Below, piece after piece: positions 1-7,375 of a stretch of DNA of 20,000 nt. The DNA lies in sequence record SRR20825010_1678; one strand, 5' to 3'. The notes beneath the pieces are model-generated. The model had not been told where the DNA came from. It was given only the letters and a program-made list of their open reading frames with translations, and ran no database searches. Position 1 is the stretch's first letter. Each line of letters starts with the position of its first letter. Position numbers and translations under genes: made by a program.

Positions 1-966
1 GCCCAAATAACCGGCTTCGTGTCCGAGTGTCGCAAACGAAATGGTCGTTCCCTCGAAGACATTCGGGAAGGTCCGTTGTCGAAATTCTTCGGTCACGCCC
101 GCTAAAAAACGACGCCCGATCTCACACTCCGACCCGCCAAAATTCATCGCCCCACCCAGAGCGACGTGTCCGGGGTCCAGCGTGTGAACCAAGTTGGTGA
201 CGCCAATTCCCAACCAATGAGCCGTTTCGTCGATGATCAAATTCGCGAAATCGTCGCCCTCCGTCGCCGCTTCCCAAATCCGTTTGGCGGTCAATTGGGA
301 ACTGTTCTCGCCGACAAACGGCCGCAGCAACGATTTTGGGTACTCCGCCAACCGGTGTCGCGTTCGCATGACCACCCCGCTGGCCGAGGCATAGGCTTCC
401 AATTGCCCACGGCCGCCACCCCACGCACAAAGCTGAGCGTCCGGCGATGGGTCAACGATGATGTGCCCGCACTCACTGCCGAAACTGTTCACACCGTTGA
501 CCAGTTGGTCTTCCACGATGATTCCGCCACCGACGCCGGTCCCCAGCGTCAACAGAATCATCGATGATCCCTGAGCCCCGCTGCCCAGCCAAAACTCGCC
601 GTACGCGGCGGCATTGGCATCATTCAAAAACGAAATCGGGCGACCGGTTGCCTCGGTCAGCCTTTGACACAATGGAAACTCCCACCACGAAGGCAACTGG
701 GGCGGGGCCACCAACATCCCACGAGGCAGATCCATCGGCCCGGGTGCACCCATACCAATTCGCGGCACATTGCCGATGGTTTTCGTCCGCGTTTCGACTT
801 CACGAATCATCGTGGCCAATCGGTCGACCGCCGCTTGGGGACCTCCGGCTTCCAACGTGGGGACTTGTTCAAACGCGACGGTCTCGCCAGCTGAATTGAC
901 CAGTCCGCACTTGATGCTGGTGCCGCCAATGTCGATGCCCCAGTAATGACGTGAATCGGTTGTCAT
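1..966 (-). CDS. ROK family sugar kinase (glucokinase-like), 3'-truncated by window edge
   Basis: Not in the ORF track because it runs off the edge. Manual translation from ATG at 966: MTTDSRHYWGIDIGGTSIKCG...IGMGAPGP...FLNDANAAAYGE...LTLGTGVGGGII...SECGHI...LEAYASA...DPGHVALGG...TLGHEAGYLG, containing the ROK motifs GIDIGGT, NDANAAAxGE, GTGVGGG and ExGH. Open frame to position 1. Confidence 0.93.
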   Translation of the reverse strand, partial: MTTDSRHYWGIDIGGTSIKCGLVNSAGETVAFEQVPTLEAGGPQAAVDRLATMIREVETRTKTIGNVPRIGMGAPGPMDLPRGMLVAPPQLPSWWEFPLCQRLTEATGRPISFLNDANAAAYGEFWLGSGAQGSSMILLTLGTGVGGGIIVEDQLVNGVNSFGSECGHIIVDPSPDAQLCAWGGGRGQLEAYASASGVVMRTRHRLAEYPKSLLRPFVGENSSQLTAKRIWEAATEGDDFANLIIDETAHWLGIGVTNLVHTLDPGHVALGGAMNFGGSECEIGRRFLAGVTEEFRQRTFPNVFEGTTISFATLGHEAGYLG

Positions 967-1155
967 GCAAACGCTTGAGAAATGGTGGGAATGAGTCTTC
1001 GTAGCCGGCGAGAAGTATAGCGGATTGCCCAATTTTGACATCGCCGCACTGCCCCAATCCCAGCGGGAATCACTCCCCCGCTAAACCGCCCGGAGGTGAC
1101 CGCGTTCAACGCAACACCGAAAAGACTCGAGCCAATGACCTCTCGATAGACTTGG

Positions 1156-1818
1156 CTATGCTTCTTCCGTTTCAACCGCCAAAGCATTGGCGCGAGCCCA
1201 CTTCTGAGTGTCGGTGCCCAATTGTTCGAAAGTTCCGACCAAGTCGCCGAACGGTGCGTCGATCCGCTGGACTCGAGATGCTTCGACCATCACGACTTTT
1301 CCGTTCCATGGATCCGGTGACCCTGGCAAATACAACGTCACTCCCATCGGATCGTTGGCAATGTCAGACCCGCGATACCGTTCCACCTCGAACGCCAACT
1401 GCGTAAACCCTTCCAACTGAACCACAACCGGACGCAATCGGTTTTTCGCAACATCGCCACCAATGTTGCCGCTGAGCTGTTCTTTGAAAATCGCGTAACG
1501 AGGAAACAGCATCAACAGATACTTCTCGATGAAACGAGTGAACTGTCTCGCGATCGATCGGCGAGCCATGATGCCCGAGACGAAACACGCCAAGACCAAC
1601 AACAGCGTTGCGATGCCAAAAACCAACAGGTATCCCGTTGTGTCATGAAACGGCGTGTAATCACGCAAGAACGGCAACAACGCGATAGCCACCGCGTAGA
1701 TGACCTGAACCAACTGCCCGAGCAACACGCACACCACCAGCAACGGCAGCAAGAAGAAGATTCCGCCGATCGCGGTCGTGCGAAGAAACGAAAAATGTTT
1801 TTGAACGTGCTGTTTCAT
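1156..1818 (-). CDS. DUF502-like integral membrane protein
   Basis: 220 aa. Two N-terminal hydrophobic segments (GGIFFLLPLLVV...; LLVFGIATLLLVLACFVSG), then P.Y and the LYLPGSPDPWNG motif, resembling the DUF502 (COG2928) 'vfvPtsPnPtsG' signature. Confidence 0.8.
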   Translation of the reverse strand: MKQHVQKHFSFLRTTAIGGIFFLLPLLVVCVLLGQLVQVIYAVAIALLPFLRDYTPFHDTTGYLLVFGIATLLLVLACFVSGIMARRSIARQFTRFIEKYLLMLFPRYAIFKEQLSGNIGGDVAKNRLRPVVVQLEGFTQLAFEVERYRGSDIANDPMGVTLYLPGSPDPWNGKVVMVEASRVQRIDAPFGDLVGTFEQLGTDTQKWARANALAVETEEA

Positions 1819-1890
1819 GGCGTCAGTGTTTCACGGAACGAATCAAAAGATCGCATGGTATCACGCCGGTGGCGAACTCAATACGCGGAT

Positions 1891-1932
1891 CTCATCACAC
1901 TGCGTGACCTACTCACCACACTGCGTGACCTC
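1891..1932. repeat. 21-bp tandem duplication (CTCAYCACACTGCGTGACCTM x2)
   Basis: ctcatcacactgcgtgaccta (1891-1911) and ctcaccacactgcgtgacctc (1912-1932), 19/21 identical, in a divergent intergenic region. Confidence 0.85.
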
Positions 1933-2199
1933 CAAATCTGGGCCGATTGCGTTAACTGCAAAGGCGCGGCCGGTTGGGAGATTTTCCATTTCCTCGGCCT
2001 TTTGACGGCTCTCGAGGATCTTCAGCCCGACTGGGGTTCCCACCGCTCATCGGCATTTCGTAGCGTCTGGATCGTCCAGGATTCACATCAATCGACGCGG
2101 ACCGCATGACCGAATGGATTCGATCTTGCCCCAGTTGTCCGATCGCGAATCCGGCCTCCAGACCGTCGATCTGAACCAGTCGCGATACAGGACGCCATC

Positions 2200-3252
2200 G
2201 TGAACCAAATCGAATCGCCTCGCGAAAACCAAACGTTCACCAAATCCAGCACGACCAACGATGCGGTCACGCTGTATCGTCCCGTGACGCTGCTTTACAT
2301 GGCAGCGATGACGATGATGCTGGTGCCGATGATGACGTTGGTAGATGTGAACATCGCATCGTATTTCCGCACCGAACCGTTGCCAGCGGAGTTGGATTCT
2401 GCACTCGAACTTTCGTTGGTGCTATCGCATGGCTACGGTGTCTTTGTGATCTTGCTGGCGATTCTGCTGATGGCACCGAAACGGCGCTGGCACTTACCAC
2501 GCCTTGCCACACTCGCCATGGGTGGCGGAGCCATCGCAACAATCGCAAAGATGTTTGTGATCCGGCCTCGCCCCAGCAACCTCAATCTGAATCACGCCGG
2601 ACACGATTCGGCATGGCTTTGGGCATTCGATTGGGACCTCAGCGAAGTGGCATCGTTCGATGCCGCCATGCGAGCCTTTCCAAGTGGCCACGTTGTGACC
2701 GCGACAGCCATGCTGATTGGTTTGTGGGTGGTCGTTCCCCGCGGCCGCGTTCTGTTCGCGATGATCTGGATGGGTGTGCTGATCAATCGGGTCAACACGA
2801 GTTCCCACTTCGCCAGCGATGTGTGCGGCGGTGTCGCGTTTGGGCTGTTCTGGTCCTATGTCTGCTTCCACCCGCGATTGTTGGGCAACTTGTTTGACAA
2901 GATGGTCCCTGAACTTGGCCGAAGAACTCGCGTTGATACCAGCCATTCAACAGAAGCAATCGCACCGCATGATGCCGACTCATCGACACGGTTGCCTTCG
3001 TTCCCGATGCACGCTTCGCCGATTCACGCATCGCACATGAGCGCAACGGAACAATACGAAGCGATCCAGTCAACGATGTCACCGCAACATGCTTCGCAAT
3101 CACGTCCGATCAATTCGAACGAAGGCGATTCGAACGAAGGCGATTCGATCGATGGCAATCGAAGCGAGGAGCAGAAGTCTCACCAACTGGATTACCGTCA
3201 ACAGAATCGCGGCCAGCAAGATTACGGCGACGCGGGCGAACGGGCAGCTTAG
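2200..3252 (+). CDS. PAP2-family membrane phosphatase with disordered C-terminal tail
   Basis: All three PAP2 motifs present: K-x6-RP (KMFVIRPRP), PSGH, R-x5-H-x3-D (RVNTSSHFASD). Several TM segments and a ~110-aa polar tail. GTG start is uncertain. Confidence 0.88.
   Translation: MNQIESPRENQTFTKSSTTNDAVTLYRPVTLLYMAAMTMMLVPMMTLVDVNIASYFRTEPLPAELDSALELSLVLSHGYGVFVILLAILLMAPKRRWHLPRLATLAMGGGAIATIAKMFVIRPRPSNLNLNHAGHDSAWLWAFDWDLSEVASFDAAMRAFPSGHVVTATAMLIGLWVVVPRGRVLFAMIWMGVLINRVNTSSHFASDVCGGVAFGLFWSYVCFHPRLLGNLFDKMVPELGRRTRVDTSHSTEAIAPHDADSSTRLPSFPMHASPIHASHMSATEQYEAIQSTMSPQHASQSRPINSNEGDSNEGDSIDGNRSEEQKSHQLDYRQQNRGQQDYGDAGERAA
3113..3157 (+). repeat. 15-bp in-frame tandem repeat in PAP2 tail
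   Basis: attcgaacgaaggcg x2 followed by degenerate attcgatcgatggca; encodes SNEGD-SNEGD-SIDGN. Confidence 0.85.
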
Positions 3253-3465
3253 TTTCGCGGCGCGTGACGGGAGCAATGCAAGCGGATCAATAAATTGTGA
3301 TCTGCAATGTTGCCAAGAAGAAATTCGTTTTCGCGTTGGACACGGTGCATCATCGCGAATACCGCGATTGACTCCGTTTGGCGAATCGAAAGTGGTGATG
3401 TCTGTCTGAGCTGTCGGCTCGGAAAACCTCCGAGCCAGTCCTGGCTGACGACACACCCAATGTCA

Positions 3466-3487
3466 GGATCCCGACCTGGCGGGATCC
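3466..3487. terminator. Stem-loop between convergent genes (possible terminator)
   Basis: GGATCCCG-acctgg-CGGGATCC, a perfect 8-bp stem ~40 nt downstream of the 3525..3818 stop; no clear U-tract. Confidence 0.4.
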
Positions 3488-3524
3488 GTGTTGAGTCAGA
3501 ACGAAGGTCCTGATTCGTTGCGGC

Positions 3525-3818
3525 TTAGAGCGAGCCGTCTTGTTCCAACATCTCTTTGTATTGGTCACGTTCGCGACGGGTCGCTTCCAAATCGAAGATC
3601 AGATACTTCATGTCCAAACGCAGTTGCGACAGGGCTTCTTGGACCAAGTTCAGAATTCGACGACGACGAGTGCTGCATTCCACGACTCGAGCCAAAGCGG
3701 GTGCAACGGCGTCACGATAGCGTGCGGGCAGTGCATCGATGGCGGCAGCCATTTCTTGCAATTCAACAGGAGTTTCGTCGTTGAGTTTGGCGGTGTTGTT
3801 TGCAGCGATCTTGGTCAT
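3525..3818 (-). CDS. Small helical/coiled-coil conserved hypothetical protein
   Basis: 97 aa, natural composition, heptad-like C-terminal half (RRRRILNLVQEALSQLRLDMKYLIFDLEATRRERD). Purine-rich SD-like GAAGGAAAG a few nt upstream of the ATG on the minus strand. Confidence 0.8.
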   Translation of the reverse strand: MTKIAANNTAKLNDETPVELQEMAAAIDALPARYRDAVAPALARVVECSTRRRRILNLVQEALSQLRLDMKYLIFDLEATRRERDQYKEMLEQDGSL

Positions 3819-4314
3819 AAAAGTGACTTTCCTTCGAGGGCGTCAGGGTGTGGGACCAAACCAGCGAGTGGTTGCTTGTTTGGTGATAGCCATCCATTGC
3901 ACTTGCGGTGCCGGCCGCCTGCCGGAACGACGTTGTGATCCCGAACTCATTACGGGAAAAGCACTTACGGTTTTTGGTGATGTGTGTTGCGTTTTCGCAA
4001 CGTGGCGTTCTGGCAACACACTTTCGATCTGGCTTTCCTGCCCAAGACTTGGTATCCCAAGCACTTAGGTGCGTTTCGGGGGATCAACCCGTAGTTGGGG
4101 AGGTTTCTCAACGCGATGTTGCGTTTTCGCCTCCCGGTCACTTGCAAGGGATTGTTCCCTTGACTCCGAAGATGGTCAACGTTCAATCCGGCTCGCCGAC
4201 ACGTTTGCAGAACTTCCCGCGATGGCTGAAACGGCTAGGAAAAGTATTCCGATGCGGCCCCGATCGAATCGGCCGTGGCCACCGCGTGCGCGCACATCTC
4301 AAACGAAGATCGCC

Positions 4315-7140
4315 ATGAAAAAACGCTGCCTCGGAACGGCCACTTGCGCGAGCATCGCATCCATCGTTGTCGCGATGGCATGTTCGCTATGTTTGTTGAA
4401 CGACGCATCGGCGCAGTTGATCGATTCGCTCGATGCCTATCCGCCGCGATGGTCGCTTCACGAAAGTGATTGCGATGCAAAGGTTGCTGAACAGGGTCAC
4501 GAGAACGACCCCTCGGCCGAAGGCGGTGTGTGCGAGGCGATCACGTTGGTGATGGGGCACGGAACCCAAGCCATCCTGGTTTACCCGATTGAACCAGTCC
4601 GACCAATCGATGAACTGTCCGCGATGGTGTCGGTCAAAGGACTCAACACGGGAATCCAAATTGGCTTTCGAGTTCGATTCCCTTATTTGATTGATCCTGA
4701 AACGAGACGTCCCGCGTCGGTCAACATCTTTGGATCTCAATACCGGCGGGTCGGCGAGTTTCAACGTCTCGGGGTCAGCTCGATCACCGCACCGTTGCGA
4801 CTGAAGATCATCGCACTGCGAAACGAATATGGCATCCAAGCCGATGTGTCATCTCCTTACGTTGATGCGGTCGTCGTCAACGCGTACGGCAAACCCGGCA
4901 ACGCAACTTTGCGTCTGGACGATCTTCGCGTCAATGCGATGGTCCCGGTCACTGAACTGGACAGCTCACCTCATTCAACAACCAACGTCACTCGCAAGCC
5001 GCTGCAATCATCTTCGCGGATGAACATTGACCTGTCGCTGTTGCAAGGCGAACGTCGGCCGGACTTGTCCGATTCCGCTCCCAATCCGCGGTCGTTGGTT
5101 TCTCCGGCTGATCAACCCGCGTTTCCCATCGGACGCATCACGCGAATCATTCAGTACAACAACGAACCACTCAGCTGGATACGATCGCTCGGGTTCGATG
5201 CGATCTGGTTGGCCGAGCCACCCACAGCAGCAATCTTGTCTGACGCGATCGCTCACCGCATGCGGCTGTACGCGCCGTGCCCGACCATCCCCGACCCCAA
5301 ACTTGAACCGTTGCTTGAACCGGTCGCCGGTTGGATCGCAGCACCGGGGTTGGCAATGGACAGTCATCATCGGGAGGAGATCTCTGAAAAGATCGCTCGC
5401 CTGCGTGCATTGCCTCGACGTTGGCAACGACCGATTGTTGGTTCGCCTGTCGAAGACTTCCGACATTACGGCGCGATGCTCGACGCATCCGTGTTAACGG
5501 CACCGCCACGTATTCGCGCGTTGTCCAGTCAAGCGATTCGCAGCGAACGATCGCAACAACGATTGCGATTGGGTGGCAAACAAATTGCCGTCAGCGTGCT
5601 GGGGATGCCCAACGCCGCCGCGATCGCTCAGTCAAACGCGATCTCCAATCGCATTGGTACTCCACCCACGGAGACATTCGCTTGGCAACCGATGTGGCGG
5701 GAAGTCGCCGATGCGATGGCGGACGCTCCTTCGGCTATCCTCGTCCGCTCAACTCGATCGCTGGCCTCTGGCGAAACACTCGATCAGAACCGCGGCATGG
5801 CGATCAGTTTCATCAACCGCTTCGTGGCATCGTTGGAACAATGGATCTCGACCGGAACACCCGACATCACGTCGGTTCCTGTCGGTCCGTACTACACTGC
5901 CCATCGACTCAGCAGCGGCTCGACCACCTTTTTGATTTGCACTTCCGCGATGGTACGCGGGACTCGAGTCATGGGTGGCGACGGGAAGACGCTTCGCATT
6001 GACTTGCCCGCATTCGAACATGGCAAGCTGATGTGGCGATTGACACATTTTGCCGCCGAACACATCGAACCTGAAACAACCACACAAGGAACCTCGATCG
6101 AGATCGTTTCTCCGGATGTGGTCGAAGTCATCGCGATCAGCGACCAGATTTCCGAAGGTGGGCAATTGGCATCGTCTCTTTCCAGATTTGCTCAGCAGGC
6201 TTCGTTGGATCGTTGGCAACTGGCTCGCGATTCCATCGAACAATCCAATACAGCGTGGTCGCGTGCCGTCGCCGCCCGAGCCGTCTCGCGAGACGCCCCC
6301 AATGATTTGCTGGAAGTTGCACGGAGCACGATCAATAATTCCGAACGCATGGTACGCAGCAACGACGCCCAATCCGCGTTGCGCCTAGCAGCTCGAGCGG
6401 ATGCTTGGTGCATGAAAGCCAACTGGATGCTCTGCGACGCTTTTCGAGAAGACCCGTATGGGATCGTCAGCAGCCCGCCGATGGAAGCCGGCAACTACGA
6501 AACACAAATCGCTTGGTATCCCCTGTTGAACTCTGGTTTGGCAACATCGTCGGTATTGAAGCTACCACCAATCGGCGATGTGCACGGACGCTCGCGTTGG
6601 GGAGTGAACCTGCTCAGCGGTGGCGGCATGGACCGTCCGGACAGTTTGCAAACGGAAGGCTGGACCTTTGGTCGCCGTCATTCCGAATGGGCGGAAACTG
6701 CGGCCGAGTGCGTTGATCGCGGGGTCTTTCACGGCAAGGGAGCGTTGGCTGTTCGAGTCATTCCCAAACGAGATGACTCATTGCCTGGGGGCTACGAAGG
6801 CACTGCCTTGTTGGTACGCAGCCCACCGATATTTGTCGAACCCAACCGAGCCGTGCGGATCGACGCCGTCGTTCGCACATTGGGCTTCGGCGGCCCTCAT
6901 CAAGGTCTGTTGATGTACGACTCGTTGGGCACGCAAGAACTCGGCGTGCTCATCCAAGATCGCCCCGACTGGACACCGGTCACGCTCTACCGTCAAACCG
7001 TGAGCGACGAACCCATCCACGTCATGTTCGAAGTCCTCGGTGGTGGCGAAGCGGTCATTGATGAAATTCAAGTCCGAGCTTGGGAAACCGACGCCAACCC
7101 GTTGCCCGCAATGCGGCCGATCTCTCACCAATCCAAGTAA
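4315..7140 (+). CDS. Large secreted hypothetical protein (~940 aa), possibly with carbohydrate-binding-like domains
   Basis: Uninterrupted ORF 4069..7140. The in-frame ATG at 4315 gives MKKR + hydrophobic stretch + ASA-Q, a Sec signal peptide, so it is chosen as the start. No confident family assignment. Confidence 0.8.
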   Translation: MKKRCLGTATCASIASIVVAMACSLCLLNDASAQLIDSLDAYPPRWSLHESDCDAKVAEQGHENDPSAEGGVCEAITLVMGHGTQAILVYPIEPVRPIDELSAMVSVKGLNTGIQIGFRVRFPYLIDPETRRPASVNIFGSQYRRVGEFQRLGVSSITAPLRLKIIALRNEYGIQADVSSPYVDAVVVNAYGKPGNATLRLDDLRVNAMVPVTELDSSPHSTTNVTRKPLQSSSRMNIDLSLLQGERRPDLSDSAPNPRSLVSPADQPAFPIGRITRIIQYNNEPLSWIRSLGFDAIWLAEPPTAAILSDAIAHRMRLYAPCPTIPDPKLEPLLEPVAGWIAAPGLAMDSHHREEISEKIARLRALPRRWQRPIVGSPVEDFRHYGAMLDASVLTAPPRIRALSSQAIRSERSQQRLRLGGKQIAVSVLGMPNAAAIAQSNAISNRIGTPPTETFAWQPMWREVADAMADAPSAILVRSTRSLASGETLDQNRGMAISFINRFVASLEQWISTGTPDITSVPVGPYYTAHRLSSGSTTFLICTSAMVRGTRVMGGDGKTLRIDLPAFEHGKLMWRLTHFAAEHIEPETTTQGTSIEIVSPDVVEVIAISDQISEGGQLASSLSRFAQQASLDRWQLARDSIEQSNTAWSRAVAARAVSRDAPNDLLEVARSTINNSERMVRSNDAQSALRLAARADAWCMKANWMLCDAFREDPYGIVSSPPMEAGNYETQIAWYPLLNSGLATSSVLKLPPIGDVHGRSRWGVNLLSGGGMDRPDSLQTEGWTFGRRHSEWAETAAECVDRGVFHGKGALAVRVIPKRDDSLPGGYEGTALLVRSPPIFVEPNRAVRIDAVVRTLGFGGPHQGLLMYDSLGTQELGVLIQDRPDWTPVTLYRQTVSDEPIHVMFEVLGGGEAVIDEIQVRAWETDANPLPAMRPISHQSK

Positions 7141-7157
7141 AACTCCCAATAACCTGT

Positions 7158-7294
7158 TGCCGACGAAGACCCTCCGTCGGCTCGGGCGCAAACGATCACA
7201 ACAAACGGCGCCAGCAACCACGACGCCTTGAACTCACTGGCGTGTCGACCGCGTTGCAGTCTATTTCTGCCGACGGAGAGCCTCCGTCGGCTAC
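7158..7294 (-). repeat. Two GTAG-type REP-like palindromes (one degenerate)
   Basis: 7268-7294 reads GTAGCCGACGGAGgctCTCCGTCGGCA on the minus strand; 7158-7182 is a same-orientation degenerate copy (tgccgacgaagaccctccgtcggct). Located between convergent genes. Confidence 0.8.
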
Positions 7295-7375
7295 GTAGAC
7301 CGGGTCGTCTTAGCTGCTTGCGAAGCCGTAACGACTGTCTGGTGATACAACTGAGAGAGTAACGAAACCAGGCTA

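Noticed and set aside
166..899. Plus-strand ORFs 166..567, 564..899, 664..894
   Set aside because: Antisense shadows of the ROK kinase, which has clear family motifs on the minus strand.
4069..4314. 82-aa N-terminal extension of the 1023-aa ORF
   Set aside because: Arg/Ser-rich non-protein-like sequence overlapping repeated promoter-like motifs; a signal peptide begins at ATG 4315.
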